From the NCBI RefSeq assembly GCF_006345805.1, contig NC_042998.1:174902001-174966000 (forward strand): DNA of 64,000 bases, read 5' to 3'. The position numbers were made by a program, and so were the translations under genes. The stretch is from Octopus sinensis. Taxonomy: Eukaryota. The first letter of the stretch is position 1, and every line of letters starts with the position of its first letter. The notes below the pieces were generated by a model. That model saw only the letters and a program-made list of their open reading frames with translations, did not search any database and had not been told where the DNA came from. Shown one piece after another: positions 47,575 through 58,325 of the stretch.

Positions 47575-48775
47575 GTAGTTAGTGACTTCAGTATCAGGGC
47601 TAAGTGGATGCCCAGAAGAAGACCAGCATGGAGGAGAAGGGTCTGGAAGCTTAAAGATCCTGCGAATGGACAGAGATTTAGAGACTTATTACTTAAAGCC
47701 TTTGACAAAATAGAAGGGGATATAGCTTCACATGGTGTTGAATACAACTAGAGGTTTCTACGGGACAACCTGCTGAGGGCCACTGACAAGATCTGTGGCT
47801 GGTGCAAAGTCCCCTCTCATCCCAAAATAACGTGGTGGTGGAACAATGTTGTTGACAGGGCTATTAGAGAAAAGAAATAGGCTTGGAAGGACTGGAAGAA
47901 CAGTGGCAGCAGGGAATTGTATCAGACTGCCAGAAGGGAAGCTAGGAGGCAGGTTTATTTAGCCAAAGGGGAAGCAGATAAGAAAAAATTTGCCAATGTT
48001 CTGCACCATGAGGACCAAAGATTTGAGGTATTTCATGTTGCAAGACAGTGTGTGAGAGAGAATCATGATGTAGGAGAGAAATGTGTTCACATGGATGATG
48101 GTTCACTTGCACTAAACGAGGCTGCGAAAAGACACCACTATGAAAGGTTGCTCAATAAAGAAAATGAATGGGAGAAAGAGAATCTGCTGAATGTTGACCC
48201 AACAGAGGAACTGGCTATCCGAGTTGACAGTACCTCGGTAGATAAAGCAATTAAGAATATGAAGACAGGGAAAGCCCCTGGCCCACCAGGAATCACTGCA
48301 GAGATGCTCAAAATATCTAGCAGTGCTGGCTATCACCTAGTCACCCGTATAGTTAACCAGGTGATACACAAAGGAGTCATACCCAATGACTGGTGTAGCA
48401 GCACTATAGCCAACTGCTACAAAGGAAACGGTGACACTTTAGATATAAATAATTACAGAGGTATCAAGTTATTGGATCAGGTAATTAAGGTCACAGAGAG
48501 GGTGATAGCCCAACTAATTAAGGAAAGAATCAGTTGAGATGAGATGCAGTTTCAGTTTGTGCCAGGGAAAAGCACCACTGATGCTATATTTCTGGTAAGA
48601 CAGCTGCAGGAGAAATACCTAGCCAAAGATAAACCTCTGTACCTGGCTTTCGTTGATATGGAGAAAGCTTTTGACAGGGTCCCCCGATCCCTTATCTGGT
48701 GGTCAATGAGGAAACTAGGGATAGATGAATGATTAGTGAGAGCTGTGCAAGCCATATACAGGGACGCTGTAGGGC
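47575..48775 (+). mobile_element. RTE LINE ORF internal fragment (pre-RT and RT N-terminal part)
   Basis: TWWWNNVVDRAI, MKTGKAPGPPGITAEMLK, NYRGIKLL, QFVPGKSTTDAIF and AFVDMEKAFDRVP. Confidence 0.92.
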
Positions 48776-49805
48776 TGTGTTAGGCCCCCAATGTCATTTT
48801 TGGCATGGTTTCTATGGTTGGATAGCTTTCCTAACACCGACCTCTTTACAGAGTAAACTGGGTGCTTTTTACATGGCATAGGTTTCTTCACCTTCTGATT
48901 CCAATTCTACTAATTTCACTCATAAGGTATCAGTTAACCTGTAGCCATAGTATTGAATGTTAGATGACAACATTTATGCTGTAGGACTGAACCCAAAATG
49001 TGATTTCAAAGTTAACTTCCTAACCACACTGTACCTATATTTTTTGATTATATGAAATTTAGTAAGAAATTGTTACCATTTATGGAATTTGATTTTAGAT
49101 AACTCAGTATACCAAGTGAAGTTGTTTCTCATCAAGCACTAGATTCAGTTGATTCAGTTCATAACCATGGCAAAACTATCAATTTTTGTTTAGTTTACAA
49201 TGAAAAGAAAATCACACATAATTGATCAAAGCACTTTTGATAATGGCAGTTAGAGGTTAACTGTCTGTTTGAAGTTAAACCATTTTTCCATGAAATTTCA
49301 ATTACATTTTCAGAAATGCTAATGCAACAATTCAACTGTTCTGTCACTAGAAAGTTGTATCAGAATAATTCATGCTAACTGCTGCAAAAATTGGGAGGTT
49401 GTTGAGAGAATTTACATTTCAATGTGAAAGAAACTAAATTGGACAGGTTGGGAAATGTATAAAATAAATTTTTTTTTTAAATAAGTAAATTGGTGTAAAT
49501 TGTATAAAAACCAGCAAAACGCCATAAAACCATTTGATGACCTTAAAGAGATTTTCCAGTTTTTTTTAGGAAGCTATATTCAGCTCTAAAAGTGTTTGTT
49601 TCAAAAGTAAAACAAAAAAAAAAACCATCCTATCCATAGATAAATGGGTGTGAAACAACACAAATTTTAAATAAGTTTGGAATTTAAATAAAATCTCAAT
49701 GGCAATTTGGGTTTTCTGGTTACAATGATAAAATGTATGAGTGTATTAAATGAAATTCTGCATAAGTGAAATGTCTAAGATTAAATTTCCAACCAAAAGT
49801 ATGTA

Positions 49806-50139
49806 TTGAAACCCACTTCGGTCATGACTGACCATGAGATTGCACCTAGAAAGTTACCCTCCCAGGCACAAGTCCGAGCAAGGTTGTTTATGGAAGACCA
49901 GCAGTCGGCCATGCATACTGGCCTCCCCTCTCCATGCCACCAGTGTTATCCAAAGGAAAGGCAACAGCAGATACAGCTTGGCACCTGTGACGTTGCAACT
50001 CATTTCTACAGCTGAGTGAACTGGAGCAACATGAAATAAAGTGTCTTGCTCAAGAACACAACACGCAGCCCGGTCCGGGATTCAAACTCACAACCTCACG
50101 GTCATAAGCTCGATGCTCTAACCACTGAGCCATGCGCCA
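49806..50139 (-). mobile_element. tRNA-derived SINE, second family
   Basis: Reverse-complement homolog of 19371-19700 with clear A- and B-box-like motifs. Confidence 0.85.
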
Positions 50140-50794
50140 TCACATAAAAGGTATGTATACAGAACCACAAATATAATGTAAACACTTTGTGCCCTTTCTT
50201 CATCCCCTTCACTTTATAGTGTCCCATGTTCCCTGGATGTACAATATTTATACAACTGTAACACTAAAATTCTGCCTTATTCCCTCCGAGCTAATCATTT
50301 GCATCCCAAAGTATTGCAAATAAGCTTGCATTCAAGATTCTTCCACTCTGTTCTATTTCCCTTATATAGACATTGTTGTCATAGCTCTAATTAACTTTTA
50401 ATTATTTATTGAGCACTTTCAGTGAAAAATACTGTGTTTCAAGAAGAATTGAGATGTGTACCACGAAACACATGTGTATCTATTATCTTCAAAGATCATA
50501 TAAGGTTTTATCACCCCCAATAAAGAGAATGCACTGAAAATTATAAAATTATATTTCCTTGACAACAACTAACAGTCATCATTAGTGACCAAAAGTATGG
50601 CTTTAGAATAAATAATTGCCCATAGCATAAGTTGTCAAAATATTAAGAGAGAAAGTTATTCAAGATTTCATCTGGACATGAATACCTTGATCTAGAGAAA
50701 GCCTTTGACAGGGTTCAATCATGTGTTATCTGTTGGATTTTCAGGGAGCTAGGGGTTGATAAATAGCTTGAGAAAAATATACATATTGGACATT

Positions 50795-50900
50795 CCTCTG
50801 TTTCTGAAGAAGAGCTTTGCTCGAAACATAAAACCACCTTTCTTTCCTTCCCTGACCATCTGCTAATACTTTACATGCACCACGTCCTCGCATTGTTATT
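50795..50900 (+). mobile_element. Penelope-like pLTR fragment with minimal hammerhead (family copy 3)
   Basis: GTTT-CTGAAGA-A-GAGC-TTT-GCTC-GAAAC-ATA-AAAC at 50800-50834. Confidence 0.65.
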
Positions 50901-50911
50901 TTTTTTGTATT

Positions 50912-51002
<91 letters not shown>

Positions 51003-51195
51003 GTTCAGCAAAATTTAGATTCAGATGAATATGGTACTTAAATTAAAGGCACCAGAATTTTGTATGGTATTATCCATATAAATCAAATGGGGTGATTATA
51101 ATCAAAATAAGCAACTAGGATATCCAAGGTAGTGTAGTACAATTGTTTCATGCTACTTCATTTTATTAAACACTGTAAGTATTACATCAGTTCTG

Positions 51196-51420
51196 AGCAT
51201 GGCCGTTGCCAGTACCGCCAGACTGGCCCTCGTGCCGGTGGCATGTAAAAGCACCCACTACACTCTCGGAGTGGTTGGCATTAGGAAGGGCATCCAGCTG
51301 TAGAAACTCTGCCAGATCAGACTGGAGTCTGGTGCAGCCATGTGGTTCGCCAGACCTCAGTCAAATCGTCCAACCCATGCTCGCATGGAAAGCGGACATT
51401 AAAAGATGATGATGATGATG
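51196..51420 (+). mobile_element. RTE 3' tail copy
   Basis: Shared core and (GAT)n tail. Confidence 0.88.
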
Positions 51421-51457
51421 TGTGTATGTGTGTGTGTGTGTATACATACACACACAT

Positions 51458-51507
51458 TAATGTTTGTTTTTATGTTCAATTATAATTGAACATAAAAACA
51501 AACATTA
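51458..51507. repeat. Perfect 50-bp AT-rich palindrome with no spacer
   Basis: TAATGTTTGTTTTTATGTTCAATTA|TAATTGAACATAAAAACAAACATTA. Confidence 0.95.
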
Positions 51508-53277
51508 GTATGTGTGTATATGTATATATATAAATACCCTCTCCCCTACACACACATATAATTATGTGGGTCCTGAAGCTGATTGGGGAATATATCAGAA
51601 ACTTATGGTTAATAGCCTGAAAATTACCCCAGTTATGTCTCATTTCAGGAATGCAGACACATAAAAACTCTGTTTATTCTGTTTTGCTGTTGGCTACAAA
51701 AACCAAATAAAAGTTTTCTTTTTCTTATATCAATCTAATTTTTGCATTGAAATAAGGATTCCTTTTACAGACGCAAGATCTTCCTTTGTACATGTTTTAT
51801 CCATGCCACCCAGCTTAGAATAGTGAGGTACCATGATAATTGTCTAAAACATAAATTAAAATTCCAACAAAGTCTGTTTTAAGATAATCATAATCCTTTA
51901 ATAAATGACAGATAACTTCTTATCAGATTAATTTGTTCATTTCATAATATTTTTTATTCAACTTAAAACCATTTTGCTGTATCATCACTACAAGAATGGT
52001 TTTTGAAAGTTTAGAATTTCTCAGTAACATAACCAAGACTGCCATTCCTAAAAAAGAAATCCAGTAACTCAATGCATAGTTCATTGCATCTCTATTTCTG
52101 ACATCCCATTGTTACCATTTTGATCTTCCTTTCAGCTACTCCCACCCAGCCTTAAATAATGTGGAGTAGCAAGACACCTGAGTTTGTCCCTTTATCACAA
52201 TGCTCTGTAACTGGTATGCTGCATCACACTGGTGTGCCACGAGATGATATTAGGTGTGCCGCAGTGTAACCTGATTATAATTTTTTCCCTATACTTTTAA
52301 TTATATTTTTAATTCAGGTGTACCGTTGAATTTTGAAAAGAATATAAGTGACAAAATGTTGTGGAGCTCTACTCTGTCATACTCTAGCCTCTCAAAGCCT
52401 GACATAATGCCATCTTCCCTGCCTCCATTTAGTTAAGGAAGCATTAATGTATTCTTTTCCTGTCTTGCAAGTTACTTGGCAACCTTGCTATTGCTAAAAG
52501 CACAAAGAAAGCATCCAGTACATCCTATAAAGTGGTTGGTTTTAGGAAGGCATCCAGCTGTAGACACTATGCCAAAGTTGACACTGGAACTCAATGCAGC
52601 CCTGCAGCTCATCAGATTTTGTCAGACAGTTCAACCCAGGCCATCATGGAAAATGCACATGAAATGATGGTGATGGTGATGGTGATGATGTTATAGTATG
52701 GGTACAAGGATTGCTTAACTCAGTGTCCCAGAAAGTATGTATAACAATGCAGTAGAAGTAGTGTGTTTGCTTTACATAAACTGATTTAAAAGAACCAGAG
52801 ATGTCAAATTTTGATTATTTAATGTTGATACTCATCAGAAATACAAAAGTAAAGCCAGCCATCTCACCTGAGCAAATATGGTTTGGTAACTTGCACCATG
52901 TTTTTGCTAATTGTTTTAGATATAATAAAGAGCAGACCAACACTCTTTTGGCCTCTTCAGCCTTGAACCTGTTGAACATTCAAGATGTGACACTTGATGA
53001 AAAAGTGAGCTGCACCAGCAACCAGCTGGTAATTTTTACAACAGAGTAGACTGGAACAGTAGGAAATGAAGTGCCCTGCTCAAGAATGCAATACATTGCC
53101 TTGTCCAGAAATTAAACTTACAGCCTTATGATAATGAATCAACCATTAGGCCACATGTTCTTTATCCCCCAGAAATAAGAAAATAGAACTGAAATGTAAT
53201 TGAGCTTGACAGAAATGAAACAAACAAAGTAATCTAGCTTGCAAGATAACATAGCACATTAGAGCAAGTGAGATCTA

Positions 53278-53645
53278 AACTCATTATGGTGGGGTTGAGA
53301 CTGAGGTAAATATTCATAAGATCCCAACATTGCCATCAAAATACAGGACCAGATACTGCAACATTTTGGGTTTCAAGGGCCCACAGCTCTTCAATATCCT
53401 TCTAAAATACCTGAGAAACCTGCAAGGTGTGGATGTAGGTGTCTTCAAAACAAAACTGGATCTCTTCCTGTCAAAGGTTCCAGATGAGCCTACCTCACAG
53501 CAGGAAATACAGATGAGGACAGCAGCATCAAACTCCCTCATTTACCAGATACCACACATCAGAGGAGGTTTCAAATAATGAAGGTGTAGCACAGCCAACA
53601 GTAGTGCCCCAGCATGACTGCAGCTTTAAAGCTGAAACAATTTTA
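53278..53645 (+). mobile_element. CR1/L2-group LINE 3' end
   Basis: FKGPQLFNILLKYLRNLQGVDVGVFKTKLDLFLSKVPDEP followed by tail GTGCCCCAGCATGACTGCAG...GCTGAAACAA. Confidence 0.8.
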
Positions 53646-54499
53646 AGAGTTTTATCTTTATTTAAAAATCTTCATTTATTTCTCCTCTTTGAATCCCAAA
53701 GTGTTTTATGCTAACATTGTAAAACGCAAATGTGTTATGGAAAATTTTCCATTAATTTTATCTTTTTAATGTCAATAAGACTTCACGTATGTTTACATTC
53801 TACAGGAGCAAGTGTGCTATGTAGAAGTGGTTTTCTTGTACTGTTTCTAGACCAATATCCCAGAATACACCATTTCACAACCAATGTCATGTGAATGAGA
53901 ACTTCTTACTGTAGTAGTTAATACATTTGTATTCCACTTTACAAGCAGTTTCATTCTTGGTGCTTCCATTATTTATATAACGGAAGAAGTGTATTAAAAT
54001 TATTTCATTTCACTAGAATGTTCCAACAAACTGTTGACAGGATATTTCTTAGCTATGGGTTGTGAGTAGTAGAAACTATGCCCAGTTCAGTCATTAAATC
54101 AAATAGTGTAATATGCTTCACCTTGTATATATAAAATACTATATTTGCGAAGCATCTGTAACTCATATCTGAATACCTTATAGTCAAGAAATTTAAATGC
54201 TCAGTCACTGACCTTTGTTCAATATCTAATACAGTGATCCTTGCTACTTTATGGTTCAACTATTGCAGATTCATGACTCCACAGATTTTAAAAATATATA
54301 TATATGAACGCCTAAACTTTTTCATTAAATCCATTAAAATCATCATCATCATCATCATTTAACGTCCGCTTTCCATGCTAGCATGGGTTGGACGGTTCAA
54401 CTGGGGTCTGGGGAGCCCGAAAGCTGCACCAGTCCAGTCAGATCTGGCAGTGTTTCTACAGCTGGATGCCCTTCCTAACGCCAACCACTCCGAGAGTGT

Positions 54500-56570
54500 A
54501 GTGGGTGATTTTATGTGCCACCGACACAGGTGCCAGACGAGGCTGGCAAACGGCCACGCTCGGATGGTGTTTTTTATGTGCCACCGACACAGGTGCCAGA
54601 CGAGGCTGGCAGACGGCCACGCTCGGATGGTGTTTTTATGTGCCACCGACACAGGTGCCAGATGAGGCTGGCAAACGGCCACGATCGGATGGTGTTTGTA
54701 CGTGCCCACAGCACGGAGGCCAGTCGATGCGGTACTGGCTACGGCCACGTTCGGATGGTTTTCTTGTGTGCCACGTGCCACCGGCACTGGTACCACAAAG
54801 ATACAAATTCCATTGATGTTCATCTATTTTGATTTGTTTTGATTTTCACTTGCCTCAACAGGTTTTCACAAGTGTCACAAGAAGGAAGGTATGCACAGGT
54901 GGACTGACTACATCCCAGGTAGGGGCCACAGGTTATGGCCTGACTAGTCTTGCCGGGTCTTCGGATGGTTGTTTTTATGTGCCACCGACACAGGTGCCAG
55001 ATGAGGCTGGCGAACGCCACGATCGGATGGTGTTTGTTACGTGCCCACAGCACGGAGGCCAGTCGGTGCGGTACTGGCTACGGCCACGTTCGGATGGTTT
55101 TCTTGTGTGCCACCGGCACTGGTACCACAAAGATACAATTCCATTAATGTTCATCTATTTTGATTTGTTTTGATTTGATTTGATTTGATTTGTTTTGATT
55201 TGATTTGATTTTCACTTGCCTCAACAGGCCTTCACAAGTATCACAAGGAGGAAGGTATGCACAGGTGGACTGACTACGTCCCAGGTAGGGGCCATGGGAT
55301 ATGGCCTGACTAGTCTTGCCAGGTCTTCGGATGGTGTTTTTATGTGCCACCGACACAGGTGCTAGATGAGGCTGGCGAACGGCCACGATCGGATGGTGTT
55401 TGTTATGTGCCCACAGCATGATGGCCAGTCGATGCGGTACTGACTACGGCCACGTTCGGATGGATTTCTTGTGTGTCACAGGCACTGGTACCACAAAGAT
55501 ACAAATTCCATTGATGTTCATCTATTTTGATTTGATTTGATTTGATTTTCACTTGCCTCAACAGGTCTTCACAAGTGTCACAAGAAGGAAGGTATGCACA
55601 GGTGGACTGACTAGTCTTGCCGGGTCTTCGAAGGTGTTTTTATGTGCCACCGACACAGGTGCCAGATGAGGCTGGCGAACGGCCACGATCGGATGGTGTT
55701 TGTCATGCACCCACAGCACGGAGGCCAGTCGATGCGGTACTGGCTACGGCCACTTTCGGATGGTTTTCTCTTGTGTGCCACCGGCACTGGTACCACAAAG
55801 ATACAAATTCCATTGATGTTCATCTATTTTGATTTGTTTTGATTTGATTTTGATTTTCACTTGCCTCAACAGGTCTTCACAAGTGTCACAAGGAGGAAGG
55901 TATGCACAGGTGGACTGACTACGTCCCAGGTAGGGGCCATGGGTTATGGCCTGACTAGTCTTGCCGGGTCTTCGGATGGTGTTTTTATGTGCCACCGACA
56001 CAGGTGCTAGATGAGGCTGGCGAACGGCCACGATCGGATGGTGTTTGTTATGTGCCCACAACACGATGGCCAGTGATGCGGTACTGACTATGGCCACGTT
56101 CGGATGGATTCTTGTGTGCCACCGGCACTGGTACCACAAAGATACAAATTCCATTGATGTTCATCTATTTTGATATGTTTTGATTTTCACTTGCCTCAAC
56201 AGGTCTTCACAAGTGTCACAAGAAGGAAGGTATGTACAGGTGGACTGACTACGTCCCAGGTAGGGGCCACGGGTTATGACCTGACTAGTCTTGCCGGGTC
56301 TTCGGATGGTGTTTTTATGTGCCACCATGTTCCCACAGCACGGAGGCCAGTCGATGCGGTACTGGCTACGGCCACGTTCGGATGGTTTTCTTGTGTGCCA
56401 CAGGCACTGGTACCACAAAGATACAAATTCCATTGATGTTCATCTATTTTGATTGATTTTCACTTGCCTCAGCAGGTCCTCACAAGTGTCACAAGAAGGA
56501 AGGTATGCACAGGTGGATCGACTACGTCCCAGGTAGGGGCCACGGGATATGGCCTGACTAGTCCTGCCGG
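54500..56570 (-). repeat. Tandem array: three units of about 59 bp plus six units of about 280-365 bp
   Basis: Anchor GATACAA(A)TTCCATT at 54800, 55132, 55498, 55800, 56141 and 56420. Confidence 0.95.
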
Positions 56571-57592
56571 ATCCTCTCATGCACAGCACACTTCCATAGG
56601 ACTCGGTCTTCAGTCATTTCCTTGGTGAGACCTAAAGTTCGAAGGTCGTGCTTCACCACCTCGTCCCAGGTTTTCCTGGGTCTACCTCTTCCACAGGTTC
56701 CCTCAACTGCTAGGGTGTAGCACTTTTGCAAACAACTATCTTCAGCCATTCTCGTCACGTGACCATACCAGCGCAGCCGTCTCTCTTGCACACCACAACT
56801 GACACTTCTTAGGTTCAACTTTTCTCTCAAAGTACTTACACTCTGACGATTATGAACACTGACATTACACATCCATCGGAGCATACTGGCTTCATTTCTT
56901 GCAAGCTTACGCATATCCTCAGCAGTCACGGCCCATGTTTCACTACCATGTAGCATGGCTGTACGTACACACGCATCATATAGTCTGCCTTTTACTCTTA
57001 GCGAGAGGCCTTTTGTCACCAGCAGGGGTAAGAGCTCTCTAAACTTTGCCCAGGCTATTCTTACTCTAGCAGTTACACTTTCAGCACACCCACCCCCGCT
57101 ACTGACTTGGTCTCCTAGGTAGCGGAAGCTATCAACTACTTCTAGTTTGTCTCCCTGGAACGTGGTAGAAGTTGGTCTCTGCACATTTCCAGTGTTTATT
57201 GCTCCTGAGCATCTGCCACAGACAAAAACTATTTTCTTAGTTAGCCTTCCTTTGACATTGCTGCACCTCTTATGTGTCCATAGCTTACACTTGGTGCACC
57301 TTATAGAGTTTCTACCTACACCTTTTTTACAGATCGAGCAGGGCCATCTACCTGAAGTCGTTTGTGATTGGTCCACCTTCCTACTTATTAGGACTTTGGT
57401 TTTGGCTAGGTTGATTCTAAGGCCCTTCGATTCTAATCCTTGTTTCCACACCTGAAACTTCTCCTCCAGTTCTGATAGTGACTCAGCAATTAGAGCAAGG
57501 TCATCAGCATAGAGGAGCTCCCAGGGGCATCCTGTCTTGAATTCCTCCGTTATTGCCTGGAGGACTATGATAAATAGGAGGGGACTGAGGAC
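56558..57592 (-). CDS. RTE ORF C-terminal part (RT with embedded PHD-like finger), uninterrupted
   Basis: VLSPLLFIIV...ELLYADDL (YADD at 57500-57511), FRYLGD, AWAKFRELLPLL, RRLRWYGHV and GRGRPRKTW. Confidence 0.92.
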   Translation of the reverse strand, partial: VLSPLLFIIVLQAITEEFKTGCPWELLYADDLALIAESLSELEEKFQVWKQGLESKGLRINLAKTKVLISRKVDQSQTTSGRWPCSICKKGVGRNSIRCTKCKLWTHKRCSNVKGRLTKKIVFVCGRCSGAINTGNVQRPTSTTFQGDKLEVVDSFRYLGDQVSSGGGCAESVTARVRIAWAKFRELLPLLVTKGLSLRVKGRLYDACVRTAMLHGSETWAVTAEDMRKLARNEASMLRWMCNVSVHNRQSVSTLREKLNLRSVSCGVQERRLRWYGHVTRMAEDSCLQKCYTLAVEGTCGRGRPRKTWDEVVKHDLRTLGLTKEMTEDRVLWKCAVHERIRQD

Positions 57593-57882
57593 TAATAATA
57601 AATATTATTTCCTAGTCTAGGAACAACAAAACAAGCGTGAAATAGCAAAACAGCATATACAGAGGTATTTGAACTTAAGACAGGTTGTGATTGGTGCAAT
57701 GGAAAGAGACGACGAATCACAGCTTTCTATTTTGTAATCTGGCCTGTGTAACAAGTAACAATCTTTATTTTTTAAAATCTAAAGTGTTATTGCTTAACAG
57801 TTGTCCTTGGGTGGGTTGTTAACAGTACAGGGAGGGTTTTAAAAGTCCAAATACACATTAAATAAATACTGTAAATATGGTG

Positions 57883-57958
57883 TCCCTACTTCACGGAAAT
57901 TCAGTTATCGCGGCTGGTCTCGGAACCAATCTACCGCGATAAACGAGGGATCACTGTA
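57883..57958 (-). mobile_element. Tigger/pogo-like MITE end
   Basis: Minus strand TA-CAGTGATCCCTCGTTTATCGCGG. Confidence 0.6.
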
Positions 57959-58039
57959 AATATCGTGATCACATAACAGATCAGACTATCAGATATTGTT
58001 ATAAATCACTGATCGCAATGCACTTTGCATCATTTTAGC

Positions 58040-58325
58040 TTATGGATGACACTCTCCTGGTGGTTATAGCCTCAGGCCAACCAAAGCCTTGTGAGTATAT
58101 TTTGTACACAGAAACTGATAGAAGACTATTATATATATATGTGTATATTTGTATGTGTGCATGTGTGTACCTGTGTTTGTACCCCCACAATTGCTTGACA
58201 ACTGATGTTGCTGTGCTTACATTCCTATAGCTTAGCGGTTCAGCAAAAGACTCTGATAGAATAAGTACTAGGCTTGCAAAGAATAAATCCCGTGGTGGAT
58301 TTGTCATATGACCGAAACAAGTAAA
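58040..58325 (+). mobile_element. tRNA-derived SINE body (family of 28140-28570)
   Basis: TATAGCCTCAGGCCAACCAAAGCCTTGTGAGT...CTTAGCGGTTCAGCAAAAGA...GAAACAAGTAAAA. Confidence 0.75.

Larger units (their letters stand above)
54341..57593 (-). mobile_element. 5'-truncated young RTE-clade LINE with amplified 3' end
   Basis: Open RT C-terminal ORF, tandem 3' array and (GAT)n tail at 54341-54358. Confidence 0.95.

Noticed and set aside
51133-51160. Minus-strand GAAAC-AATT-GTA with palindrome ACAATTGT
   Set aside because: The CTGANGA half and stem II partner are missing; not counted as a ribozyme.
52868-52979. Minus-strand frame MFNRFKAEEAKRVLVCSLLYLKQL... ending at GTGAGA, vaguely DOCK-like
   Set aside because: The similarity is short, the acceptor is weak and no neighbouring exons were found.
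54430-54490. HDV-like ribozyme in the RTE tail core
   Set aside because: I could not assemble the nested double pseudoknot by eye, and known RTE HDV-like ribozymes lie at 5' ends; it needs a descriptor search.
54500-54700. Repeats of about 59 bp resembling a CRISPR array
   Set aside because: Contiguous tandem units with no unique spacers and no cas genes, located inside a LINE 3' UTR.
54230-57958. Tigger-like ends at 54230 and 57958 as one MITE split by the RTE
   Set aside because: The two ends differ strongly in CpG decay and no TSD is visible at the RTE junctions; they may be separate elements.
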